Source: Mytilus trossulus
Lineage: Eukaryota
Assembly (NCBI RefSeq): GCF_036588685.1
Contig: NC_086381.1
Coordinates: 59,892,001 to 59,956,000, forward strand
Direction: 5' to 3'
DNA: 64,000 bases
A model generated the notes under the pieces. It was given only the letters and a program-made list of their open reading frames with translations. It searched no databases and was not told the origin of the DNA. Position numbers and translations under genes: made by a program. Every line of letters begins with the position of its first letter. Position 1 is the stretch's first letter. This document shows positions 36,205-48,272 of this stretch, in pieces.

Positions 36205-36655
36205 CAAGGGGTACAATCAAAATCACGTGATGGATATACACACACCGGAAGTAACAGTCGAGTAGACCGCTTGAAAGGTAAGTAGTCGTATTTACTTGTT
36301 TATATCAATAAAATTTAATAAATAAGGTAGTGCACCGAATGTCAGTTACTATCTAGTTTTGAAATACACAATTATCCTTGCTGGAAAGCGTGCAGTAGAT
36401 GCTAAAACTTCGACACAGTTCCAAAATTTCACCAGATAACTGTGTCGAAGTGTTTGCAATAACTGCACGCTTTCTAGCAAAAAACAATTGTGTATTTTAA
36501 AACTTCATACTATCCGACATTCGGTGTGCCAACTTATTAATCAAAATTTAATTGATATGAACAAGAAAATGCAACTACTAACCTTTCAAGCGGCGAGTTC
36601 GACTGTAACTTCCGGTGTGTGAATATCAATCACGTGATTTTGATTGTACCCCTTG
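36205..36655. mobile_element. Fold-back MITE: 451-bp imperfect palindrome with 5-bp TSD
   Basis: caaggggtacaatcaaaatcacgtgat ... atcacgtgattttgattgtaccccttg. Arms pair along their whole length to a ~16-nt loop near 36421-36437. AACAT is duplicated at 36200-36204 and 36656-36660. Confidence 0.9.
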
Positions 36656-37197
36656 AACATGCAGAATTCAAGTATATGCAGCATGAAATATAGATGATTT
36701 GATAGAGCAAGGAAGTTCCGCTATCCGATGTATACTGATCTAGAAAAATGGACGTCACACCAATACATATAAATGAGCTAAAATTAAATAAAACACACAA
36801 GACTAGCATAGCCATGGTCATAGTGACGACTAACCAATACAGGCAACAGTAGTACTCCGCAATTCAAAATAATAAATCGATTGGGAGAAAGAAAAATCCG
36901 AGTTACAAACTAAAAGCGAGGAACACATCAACTATAACAAGAAAAAACGGAACAACAAAAACACTTAACTGCAACATAAACAAACGCAAATGCAACATTC
37001 ATAGAAACTAACTATTTGATAACAATTGCCATATTTCTGACTTGGTACAGACCTTAAGAAAAACAATTATGAGTTGAAACTGGTTGTATGGCTAGCCAAA
37101 CCTCGCTCTAAATAGTAATGTTTAAAAAAAAATCGCGAAAATAACATGACAGGAATACAGTACAAAAAATACATGAACAATCAAACGAAATACATAA

Positions 37198-37366
37198 AAG
37201 ATATAACGAACAGAAATACAATCTATTGGATACTCTTTTTGTTGACGAAATAAGCAAAAAAATGATGATGAGGGGTTCAAAAGATATAACAAACAGAAGT
37301 ACAATCTATTTGATACTCTTTTTGTTGACGAAATAAGCAAAAAAAAAGGTGATGAGGGGTTCAAAA
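37198..37366. repeat. Tandem duplication, ~83 bp x2
   Basis: aaagatataac.aacagaa.tacaatctatt.gatactctttttgttgacgaaataagcaaaaaaa..gatgaggggttcaaaag occurs twice. Confidence 0.9.
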
Positions 37367-38239
37367 GAACCGTTTTCCGTTTTATAAATTTAAAGTTGTT
37401 TTTGATTTTAAAAGTAGTTGTTCTGATAAATAAACCTTACCTGAGCTCGAATTTTGGTTACGTTCAAATAGGACTGATAACACCTCTTCTTTATCAATTG
37501 TATAGTACTTATTACACATGTTACACAGGGACATGGTTGTCGTTTGAAAAATAAGATATCTATGTTTACATTCAAGTAGAACGAGTATTGTCAACTTAAT
37601 TACGAATTCGTTGTGTATTGTTTTATAAACTAGGCAAACATACTCCATTACATTAGTACCAATATACGAATATGTAGAAAAACATTTAAGATTTGCAACA
37701 TAAATCTAAGCGAAAAATGCCTAATCTAAGTATTTGACTTATCTCATTAACATATGATGCATTTAGGAAAAAAGGGGGGCTAAACGGGATTTTAAGCATA
37801 TTGTATCGCTCATTTAAGATGCATTATACGACTGTTACACCTACCAAGTCTCATGTTTATATTCTTTAAGGAACACACATTATAAGGGTATTGCGTATAC
37901 AATGCAGTGTCCTCAATCAAGTTTATATAGGTAACAAAGAACCTCAAACTCGATGTGTAACTTCTTCTCAAAACAAGTTTCTAATGGTCGTTATTTCAGG
38001 AGAATAATATGCTCAACCTGAACAAATTTTAAACCCGATGTGGAATATCTAATGGTTTGAATCGGTGCCAAATATCAAACAACTTGATATGAATAGTGCA
38101 AAAACTGCAAAATACTCACATAATGGACATACAAATGGACGAACAGAACGACGAACGGAATGCTCGTATGTAGCCCCGTTTTACTTTGTCAGTACGAAAT
38201 GATAAAATGGGATGTGAGGTATACGTCAGAGAAGAGGCA

Positions 38240-38635
38240 ATTATAGCAACATTCCAGCAGCGCCTGCATACGGAGTATATATTTCTAACTTGATAAGATA
38301 TCCATCGGCTGGTTTCTTCTATCAAGATTTCCTTATGAGAGGGTTGCTGCTCGAAAAAAAGCTGTTAAACCAAGAGTTCCAAATAGTGAAGTTGAAAATC
38401 CTTTCTTCTGGTTGGAAGTTGAAACTGTTTCGCAGATGGCAATAGATATTTGTTTTCCAAAGTACAATCTCTTTCCCCTTTCATCGAATGTGACCTACCG
38501 AATAAGACTTTCACCGGGTTTATACTAGGATGTGCATCAAGACGAATGCCACACGTAAATCAGGATCTGCTTACACTTACGAAAGCACTTAAGATCATCC
38601 TAAGTTTTGTTTAAGAGGGTTTGTGTTGCTCTAGC
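38240..38635 (+). mobile_element. Penelope-like 3' fragment
   Basis: Matches 45423-45830 (agcaacattccagcagc.cctgcatacgg, gtgacctaccgaataagact, caggatctgcttac). A further tail piece lies at 39125-39290. Confidence 0.75.
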
Positions 38636-39507
38636 ATCAGCAATATGTGATGTTCATTGCGCTTTGAAACTTTTCGCGTGTGTGTTGCATATAGCGGTTA
38701 AAGTGTCGTCTAATACAAAAAATCATAGTTCAATGGTAAATATACGATCAAGTTTCTAGGTTAGAACATTTGACATGACCGCGGTCTAGAATTTGGAGAT
38801 GTCTTAGTTTTAGATCACAGTCAAATATCAATCCGTTATTTAAGGAATGACTGTGATATTTTTATGTTATTTCGAATAGCTTGACAATATATTACAGTTA
38901 TTTAGAACTTTATTCTTAATTCCATTTTACACCGGCATAAATCATGAAAAAAAAGTTGCCGGCGTCATGGTAACATAACAAGATTGTGTCTATGATATGA
39001 TTAACAAAACGACGTTAGCTAATCAGAAGACGTGTTACATCCAAAATTAAATTTCTTTTGTATTGTGTGAAGTCTTATCTCTTGATATAATTCATCAACG
39101 TATTATTGCAGTAACATCACAGGCAGCACACGTGGACAAGATCTGCTTTCTCTTCCGGAGCACCGGGTGTGGTTTTGTCGATCAGTTTTAGTTTTCTATG
39201 TTGAGTTTTGTGTACAGTAGTGCATGTAGTGTGTCTGTTTAATTTTTTATTTTTCAGCCACTGCGTTGTCAGGGTTTTTTTTTCGACTTATGAAGCTGCA
39301 TGCTCATCACAAGAACAATCGACTCTTCTTATATAAAATATCACCAAGAATAGTACTGTAATATCCTCAAAACTTGATATGAAATGAATCATGTTGTTCC
39401 ATCAAACATATTGATTTACTTTTAACAAAAAATATAATGTTGTCGTTCAGATTATGCAAAGTATTAACACATTCAAAATCGTCAGTTCAAACTCACTCAA
39501 AATGGTA

Positions 39508-41151
39508 TTATTTTGTTTTGAACACGGATATTGTTTTGCCGTCATTATTTGCAATATAAATCTTAGATTGTTTCTTATTGTAACAGAATGCAAGGGGCTT
39601 GTACACATAGTCTTTCAATAAGATGTCTTCAAGTGTCCCAGAAGATCTGAGTTGATGAATGTTTTGTGAATCGCGACCAAGGACGTATATGTTGTCAACA
39701 TCATCTATTTGAATATCCCGTGATTGACGAAGATTGGGAGAAGTATAAGTAAATACTGTATTTCCGTTTGACGTGATGCAGTAAATTTCATGATTGAATG
39801 AATAACAAATGTTTCTATTTGAGCAAACGGAAATTAAAGCAGGACAATGCTCAACTGTTTGTGCATTTATTGTTCTTTTGAAATTTCCGCATACATCTAG
39901 GACATGTATCTTTCCTTTAGCTCCTACAAATATCTCATCTTTTGTTGCAGAAACACCATCAGTTCTTTTTTGTTTCAATTGAAGCTGTTTTGATATTTTT
40001 CGTCCATCTATGTCGACGAACAATATGTACGAATTATATGCACAAGACACAACAGCAGTTGTTGTTTGAGGTATTGCTGATATATCACATGGATCATATG
40101 GACAGCTGATAGATGATAAATAGGTGTCGTTTTCATCACAAAAAAAAAGTCTTTTCTTAATGACATCACAGAAAATCAAGGTATTATTGTCTGATATAGT
40201 GATGCCAGTTACGCCTTCGAGTTTTTCTTCTTTCGGGTCAATGTCGAAAAGATGGGTGATTGAGGTAACCTGCCGCTTTAGAACGATAGGTGCCTGTGAC
40301 TGCCGCTGTTTATATGCGTCAATTGAAACGGAACTAGGCGTGTACTTCCATTCTATTGAACCGAGATCCGTTAAATTTTCTATCGAGACACTTTCAACGA
40401 ACCAAAGACTGGTGTCTACACACGATTCGGTCAGCTCTTTTACTTTGTTTTCAATGACATCCAAGATTGGTTTAGATGAATAAATTGAAATAAATGCTTG
40501 TTTTTCTGAACCATGATCTCTTATAAATTCTAGCACTTCTTTTTGTGCTTTGGTAGATGCTACTAAATCACCTATATCTTTCTCTTGTCTTTTAATATCA
40601 GTGACATCTTTGCTTTTGAGTTCGGTTAGTTGATAAATAAGTGACTCTTCTAACGATTCCAAACGCTGGATGATATTTTCTTTTGTTTTCGCTATTTGAT
40701 TTCGAATTTGTATTTCTTCTTGTTCTATTCGACTCAAATTTTCCTTTCGATTGGTGTTTAGTCTATCTAATGTTTCTAAAATAAGGCACAACTGGTCTTT
40801 AAAAAACAGGAACGTGTCTGATTGTTTAGAACTCTTTGATGCAAAATCAATTGATGTGATGTTCTTGCATACTCTGTGATATTTTGGCAAACATTCCTTA
40901 CAACATACAATATCATGATCGACACAAAAATAGTCTAAAGGCAACTGTTGATGCATTGAACAGTTATTGGATAGATGAATGTTCTTCGGTAGTTTACATA
41001 TCTCAACCAAATGGTGACTTCGTGACATTTTTTGGACTTTGTGGGCTTCTGTACATTCGGAACACAGTGTTTCTTCACATTCAGTACACCACTGAGGGGC
41101 TGTTTGTGTCATGCTGCGTGCACTGCATGGTTCACAATATTTTTCTATCAT
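39508..41151 (-). CDS. RING-less TRIM-like protein: B-box1, B-box2, coiled coil, C-terminal NHL-like beta-propeller (547 aa, one coding exon)
   Basis: CEPC..WCTECEETLCSECTEAH..HH; CSMH..YFCVDHD..CKEC...HRVC; heptad region; propeller blades (VTGITISD, PCDISA, RDIQIDD..IYV, PLAFCY..IYIAN). Acceptor-like tctatag just before the ATG. Confidence 0.93.
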   Translation of the reverse strand: MIEKYCEPCSARSMTQTAPQWCTECEETLCSECTEAHKVQKMSRSHHLVEICKLPKNIHLSNNCSMHQQLPLDYFCVDHDIVCCKECLPKYHRVCKNITSIDFASKSSKQSDTFLFFKDQLCLILETLDRLNTNRKENLSRIEQEEIQIRNQIAKTKENIIQRLESLEESLIYQLTELKSKDVTDIKRQEKDIGDLVASTKAQKEVLEFIRDHGSEKQAFISIYSSKPILDVIENKVKELTESCVDTSLWFVESVSIENLTDLGSIEWKYTPSSVSIDAYKQRQSQAPIVLKRQVTSITHLFDIDPKEEKLEGVTGITISDNNTLIFCDVIKKRLFFCDENDTYLSSISCPYDPCDISAIPQTTTAVVSCAYNSYILFVDIDGRKISKQLQLKQKRTDGVSATKDEIFVGAKGKIHVLDVCGNFKRTINAQTVEHCPALISVCSNRNICYSFNHEIYCITSNGNTVFTYTSPNLRQSRDIQIDDVDNIYVLGRDSQNIHQLRSSGTLEDILLKDYVYKPLAFCYNKKQSKIYIANNDGKTISVFKTK

Positions 41152-41400
41152 ATCTATAGATCTACAAAATTATGAAAATATTGTGCATATCAATTTCTGT
41201 ACGGAATCTTTTCTTAAATACACACCATGATGTTGGAAGTACTTCAAGGAATCAGAGCGTAAACCCTGAATAAACAATCGTTTGATTTATATCTATTTTA
41301 AAGTCCTCTTTTAAAGTCTAATATAGGGATAATGAGGTATTTCACATACTAAATACTGAACTATACAATTTAAGTTAATATATAAAGATAACGTTATCAA

Positions 41401-41645
41401 AGGCGGGGTGTAATGGTAAGCGCAGTTGACTACAAACACAAAGGTTCCTTGTTCGATCCCCGTTACGGGGAGAAAATTTCAGGGTCTGCATTTTTGGTTC
41501 TCCCTCGACGCTATTTGCGAATATGGTCTTGAGAAACAATAGAAGTCTGTTGGAACGGGACGATAAATAGCTGACCCGTGTTAATAATTTAATGTCTCAA
41601 CAACCTTGAAGATTTCGAAAAAGGGCAAGCAAATGTCGCTACAAA
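41401..41645 (+). mobile_element. Diverged copy of the tRNA-derived SINE at 7890
   Basis: ggtgtaatggtaagcgc..gactacaaacacaaaggttccttgttcgatccc..gaaaatttcagg..tctccctcgac..gggacgataaat.gctgacccgtgtt. Confidence 0.8.
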
Positions 41646-41987
41646 ATTAAACCGTTTTCATTGTTTTAATTTTAAATGCTAATTTCTAAGGTATTTGTTC
41701 TGAAAATAAAACCTACCTGTGAACTGTGTGAGTTGGTAAATTGACATGAAGAGCTGATAAAGAAATTACATTATCAGTATTTAAGTTCACAAGTATTTAA
41801 TGTACCTGCGAGAATGATGCCATTGACATCATGGTTTTAACTTAATTTGTGTATGAAAATGAGGCAGAAAAAAGTTTTCATTACTGAATTAAAAGATACT
41901 GTGCTATATGTCTCTTTTGATGACCAAAGGTGAATAAAATATGTCCATTAACAAAAAAAATTAAACAATGACAAAGTCCCTTCCTTA

Positions 41988-42878
41988 AGCTTCGGTCACA
42001 CCTTAACGGATAGCTCAAACGGACGCCTAACGGATAACTTTTTTTCAATCCGTTCATGTCCGTTAGACGTCCGTTCTTATCCATTAGACGTCTGTCCATA
42101 TCCGTTGCACATCCGTTTAGCGTACGTTTTATCCGTCGACGTCCATTTTGTACGGTACTCGTTAGTTTCGTTTCCGTTTTGTATCTGTTACGTGTCTGTT
42201 ATACATACGTTGGAGGTTTGTCAGATAAGTTCACCAACGGACGTCAACCTGACGTTAAACGGATAAAACGGATGTCGAACGAATGTGAAACGGACTTCTA
42301 CCGGACGTATAACGGATTAAACGGATGATGAACGGATCTAAAAAGGATAAATGCCAATTGACAATTTCGTGTCAGAAAAGTCCATTTCTAGGTATGTCAG
42401 ATTTCTTAAGGTTCATGAATTCTTATTATTAATAATCGATCTTAGAGTAAGACCACGTCTTCACAATCGAGCAGCTATTTTTCACGCAAGACACTGCTCA
42501 TTTGCTGTATTTTGAGGAACAAACCAAAACCAGTTACACAGAAACATTATGAATATTTATGCGATTTACATGTAAAATATTGTCGCCTTTAATTTTTCCG
42601 TATATCTTGTTCATCTGTTTTATCCGGTACGCTACCATTAGGTGTCCGTTTTATGCGATATTCGTCCGTTGGATGTACGTTCGATATCCGTTCTGTCCGG
42701 TACGTCTCTGTTACTCGTACCTTGCATATCCGGTGTGTGTCCGTTATGCATTCGTTACGCGTCCGTTTTACACCAACGGACTCCCAACGGTAAACAGTTT
42801 TGCCAAAGAACAACTTTTATTTTCATCCGTTAGGCGTCCGTTCGTACTACATGTATCCGGTAAGGTGTGACCGAGACT
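41988..42878. mobile_element. PIF/Harbinger-type MITE
   Basis: TIRs agcttcggtcacaccttaacgga / tccggtaaggtgtgaccgagact; 3-bp TTA TSD (41985-41987, 42879-42881); CpG-rich body of aacgga/tccgtt repeats. Confidence 0.85.
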
Positions 42879-43642
42879 TTACAGTAATTTAGCAGAACAG
42901 CAAACAGTTGAATAGAGAAAAATACGTCATGCTTAAAACAGAAATATATGGTACTCAACCTCAAACACTGATTTACAACCTTCTCGATGTGTCCAAGCAC
43001 ACGGAAAAAGTGCCGGTGTTAACATATTTTGGGAGAGCTGAAACAACTCCTTATCGAGTACGCAGTTAATCCTGTCAAAAAGACAACTTGTTATAATGTA
43101 TTGAAAGATAAAAAATCTAACAACCTTCAGTTGCTGAATAAAGCTTACTTGAGAAAACGTCAACTTGATCAGTTGTTGATACTTCTGAAACACCTATGTG
43201 TTCGTAGTGCTTCGGTGTAGTGTGTGTTGATGAATATGTATTGTATCGCGGTTTTTAAAGATAAAATATATATATACATTCAGAACAAGTAAATTTTATA
43301 AAACTTGATTTAATATTAAAAATGAAAATAATACAGAACATATAGAGAAAATCTACAATACCAAGAAATAAAAAGAAAACGATGGAAAATTGTCTTTGGT
43401 GATAACATAACACAGAAAACCACAACAAATATATCGACGAACTCTTTTCAGTTTTATATACTGCATGCTGAGCTCAAAATTACCACGACATCAGAATCCG
43501 GACTGCCAAAAACATTAATATATGCAGACTTATTCAAATATCTGCCACAATAAAAGAACTTTTTAAACATAATAAATGTTTCAGACGAATATTTCTTTAA
43601 TGGTTCAAAAACGTTTCTTCAAATTAGGGGGAAATTCTTAAA

Positions 43643-43810
43643 TTATGAATGTATTTTACTCATGCAAAGCTCTGATTCCTTGCCGGTTTTAGAAATACAC
43701 TTCGTCCTTTTCGGATTTTCAAATAACATGGCCTTATCCATCACTAATGAGACATTGATTGTCGAAATACGCATCTTGTGCAAAAAGAATGGTATCGTTT
43801 ATGTTTTAGT
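43643..43810 (+). mobile_element. Retrozyme-like repeat family 2 with hammerhead motif
   Basis: 43739-43780: catca-CTAATGA-gaca(ttgat)tgtc-GAAA-tacgca-TC-ttgtg. Confidence 0.7.
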
Positions 43811-44625
43811 TTATTTGACAGACTTGGGGTGGTTTTGTCCATACTCAATGACCATGTCGCACCACTAATACATATTAAATTCAAAACCTTTTCTTAAGAT
43901 TCTTGTTTCCGTCGTGTCGGCTTTTAAAGCTAATTGCACTCAAGGTACGCATATTTTAAAAGACCAAGAAGTGTATGTCCATGATTGTACCTCACATGAT
44001 TCATAATGTGTTTTGATGATGATGGATAGCTGATTAAGGTCCAGCGGCAAATAAGTACCCATAATCAGGACGATGTTACTTTAACATGGATATTAACCCT
44101 GATATTGTACTAGAAAGTAAAAACACAAAAACACTTACCCGGTGAGAATTCAAAATGCACAGTCCCTATTAGTATTGCAAAATTAAAAACTCAAATACGA
44201 ACGAATGGAAAACAACTGTCTTGTTTCTGATTTGGAACAGACATTCCTACGTTTACAGACGGATACATATTAGTTCTATTTACACATCATCAAATAAATT
44301 TTACAGTCCTAATACTGTAGCAATAGACTCTTGTATTAAGTGTCGATTCACTAATCTTTTAGACATTCTGTAACGACCTAGAACTAAAATGATAATTAGT
44401 TAAACCGTATGTATTTATAATGGATTGGGAAACAAGTAAATACAACTTCTATAAATCTATTTCCACTTTGCGGCTGCAAGTGCTGCTATGTAGCGGCATA
44501 AGCTTGCTCTTTTTTTTTCGAAATCTACAAGGATGTCTTTTATCTGTGTCACGGATATTTAAATCACACAGGACATGTTTAACCCCGCCACATTTTGTAT
44601 GGTAAAATATCATGTTATCTATATA

Positions 44626-45957
44626 AATTCCTTTGGAATTTCAACCAAAGATGAAGAACTGGATCTTCCATCACTGTATTGGATACATAAACTACTTAAG
44701 TGTCCTTTCAAACAACGGTATATTGCTGGGTCTTCCAAATGCTCACCGAAACCTCTTTCTAGATTATTAACATATATTAACAGCGATCGAAGACGCCTCT
44801 CAAAGTTATTGTGAAACTGCCTATTCTAGAGGTGGCGTCAATCAGATGTGAATACTTTAAAATTCCAAAGATCTTTTAGAGTAAATACAATCTAACTCTC
44901 TTTCATCTTGTAATAGTATTAAAACATTTGAATTTCCTACACTTTACACAAGTATTCCACATTCCAAACTGAAAGAGTTGGTATTGTTTTGTTTCATAAA
45001 AAAGAATGGCCAACGTTGATATAAGTATCTTGTCTTAGGGAGGGATAAATGCTACTTTGTAAAGGATCACTCTGTTTCAAAAAAAAAAATCTGAAACTGA
45101 CATTATCAAGATGCTTGATTTCTTGATTGACAACGTATTTGTAAGAAGACAGATAAGAAATTAGCAATATCATTTAACTCATTTAACTCTACTTTCCGCC
45201 TTATCGTGTAAATAGATGATGTTCGTTCACTAAATAATTCAAAATTTGGTGACTATGTTGAAAACATTATCCAATTGAACTAGAGATAAAGGAAACTACA
45301 GAAACTGTCGGCAACATACCTTGACTTACATCTAGAAATTGACAATGAGGGTCGTTTGAAAACAAAACTTTACGACGAAAGAGATGCTTCAGCTTTCCGA
45401 CTGTGAACTTTCCATTTTTAAGTAGCAACATTCCAGCAGCACCTGCATACGGGGTATATATCTCCCAATTGATACGATATTCCCGTGCTTGCATTTCCTA
45501 TCATGATTTCTTGATAGAGGGTTGCTGCTCACAAGCAAGCTATTAAACCAAGAGTTCCAAATGAAGTTGAAATCATCAATTTTACGGACGCCTTCACGAG
45601 TTGGTTGACCGTTATGAAATAACCGTTTCACAAATGATATCGAATATGTTCTTGCGTCGTAACTACAATCCCCTTCCCTTTCATGAACGTGACCTACCGA
45701 ATAAGACTATTAACCGGATTTGTTATCACATAAGCAACACGACGGGTGCCACGTGTAGAGCAGGATCTGCTTACCGTTCCGGAGCACCTGAGATCACCCT
45801 TAGTTTTTGATTGGGTTCGTGTTGCTTATTCGTTAGTTTTCTATGTTGTGCCATGTGTACTATTGTTTGTCTGTTTGTCTTTTTTTCATTGTTTAGCCAT
45901 GGCGTTGTCAGTTTGTTTTCGATTGATAACTGTCCCTCCGGTATCTTTCGTCCCTCT
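44626..45957 (+). mobile_element. 5'-truncated, frameshifted Penelope-like retroelement
   Basis: SFGISTKDEELDLPSLYWIHKLLKCPFKQRYIAGSSKCS..FPTLYTSIPHSKL..IDDV..YLDLHLEIDNEGRLKTKLYD..PAYGVYISQLIRYSRAC; deletion near 45140 removes the G.PMG motif; 3' tail ends cgtccctct. Confidence 0.85.
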
Positions 45958-47376
45958 GTAAGGACTTATTGTTTTTCTCAATAGTTAGTAGACCTGTGAA
46001 GTTTATCACTAAGATTAAGTTAGGATCTTTAATCAGCCTAATCATCATGAAATCAACCAGAATGCTCTCTTACATTGCACCTTATGTCAATAGCTCTAAC
46101 TCGAATTATGTTAATAGAAAACTATATATCAAATTGACTGTATTTTGCTCTAAAAACATTCAATATCGAGCGTACCTGTTGCTGACACCCACTTCTCTTT
46201 TGATTTTTTATTGAATGGAGTATTGTCTAATCCCGCGGGTGAGGGAGGTCGTTGATCCACATTGAAATTGGAATATGTGGATTTTCCCCACGGCTTGTAT
46301 GAGTAAAAGTGAATAATGGTTGGCATGGAGTCAAAATGTTCCGGGTAGGCCAAATTGTCCTCCTATGAATTGTAGTTTTGTGTAAACTAGATTTTTTCTT
46401 AATTTAGATCAGCGTGTTAGTCTAGTTAAAACTGGTTTTATATACATATTACATTATTGTTTCTTGTCCTAAATATGCATGTTGTCTTCCTTTAAACGAT
46501 AAAGAACAACCAATCAATATAATATCCCCTATAATGCAGAAACCTCGTTGTTCGAGTGCACCCAATGTTTCATCTACTGTATCGCTAGCTTATCAACACT
46601 AAAGTTAAATTCCTCACGTGACATTGTGTTCAATTACATCGTCGCTTTGAATTCTCTCTGTGCACGGTGTTCCCCAACAATATAAACTTACCACCGATAT
46701 ATATCCAATAGTAGTCTAAAACCATCAATTTTATTATTCATTGTCCATTAATTCAAAAATTAATGCATGCATGCGTTTATTATTGCAATTTGTAAACGAT
46801 CAACTCAAATGCGTGTTTAATCATTGCATTTTCAGTAATTACTTTAAACATAGTAATGCCATCTAATTCCATAAGGCAAGCGTCGATTTTTTGCGACACT
46901 AGTCTCGAGGCAGTTTTAGCGGTACTAAAAACATCTTACAAATTCTGAATTGTCAGTAATACGCTTTTAATCAAAAATATTTCATATTTCAACTGTCTAA
47001 TTCCCCTTATTCCTTCTAAAGATATGAATAGAAGCATAACATTAAACTGCCAAATATCAAACCAATAGTCATCAACAGTGTTGAAAGTGTTGAAAGCAAA
47101 TGGAATGAGTATCCTTTTGAGGTCCATTTTGGCTTCGACGACACGGACTAATGCAATGACATGGTGGGTATACGTCAACCATATTTCTATTACAGGCACA
47201 GATAATAAGAAAGCATTTGGCTATTTATAAATGAATCATTAGAAATTATTTATAGTCTATGCCTACCGTAACTTTCAATTTTTCCTTCAAGAATCACGAT
47301 TTACCTTTTACAAAATATGTCTTGTAGGTAAGTTTAAAGAAAAGTGTTCAAAACTCATTCAAAATATTACTTTTCA

Positions 47377-48272
47377 TAGTGTTGTGAAATCGTACAGTTT
47401 TGCCTAACCGGTTACTCGGATAATCGTTCAACCGATTAACCGGTTAACATGTTGTTTAAGTTGATTTTTGAAGGCTTTAGTAGCCTACAAATATACGTTT
47501 TTTATAACACGATGAATTGAAGTTTGTCCTTTAGTATTATAACCCATGTATAAGGCTTGTCTGTGAGGATTCCTAGCAAATGTTTACTTTTCATATTCCA
47601 ATACACCGTACCTTCTATATTGTGTGTTATGAATTCAGATGTAAAATAAAGAAAACCTTCAAAATCTCGTCGAATTGAAAATGTATGAAACTGATGATTC
47701 TTTCATTTTATCTTTATGTCTGAGAAAATACTGTGGAGTGTTTCAATTTAAATTGATTTAGCCTGTTACTCGTATAATCAATTATTCACTAATTACATTC
47801 ACGATCTTTTGCACACACAAATTTTTAGTTGGCTTTATGTTTAAAGTATGACAAAAGCTTGCAAGATGGAATTTGCGCATTTGGATGTAGCTCTACGCAA
47901 TATTAGAAAGAAGAAAAATAACGAAGCAAATCGCTTAACTTATAAGAATTTCTGAATTGAAAGTTACTGTTTTAAAAAACATGTATACTAATTATATTTA
48001 CTTAAGATCTTCCCCGGGCTGATATAGAAAAGTATTTTAAGTTTTAAATGATTTTATGATTTTTTATTAACAAAAAGCAATCAATTTACTAGACAATTGA
48101 TCTGTCAAATAGATTACCACGACAAAAATGTTTTAGCAGAACAAAATTATTCAATGATTTCAATACACATTTATTTCAAATATATTAAAATTGAACAAAC
48201 GTCCGATTAACCGGTTACCGTTTTTGGAATTAGATGTTCGGTCCTTCCAATGGTTAACCGTTGACATCACTA
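47377..48272. mobile_element. hAT-like non-autonomous element abutting the stop codon of the second TRIM gene
   Basis: Termini tagtgttgtgaa / ttgacatcacta; subterminal taaccggtta palindromes at both ends; flanks cttttca and ctatttcg resemble a decayed 8-bp TSD. Confidence 0.7.

Noticed and set aside
42056-42870. Cluster of ORFs in a GC/CpG-richer island (horizontal transfer or small genes)
   Set aside because: Entirely inside a Harbinger-type MITE; the ORFs arise from aacgga/tccgtt repeats.
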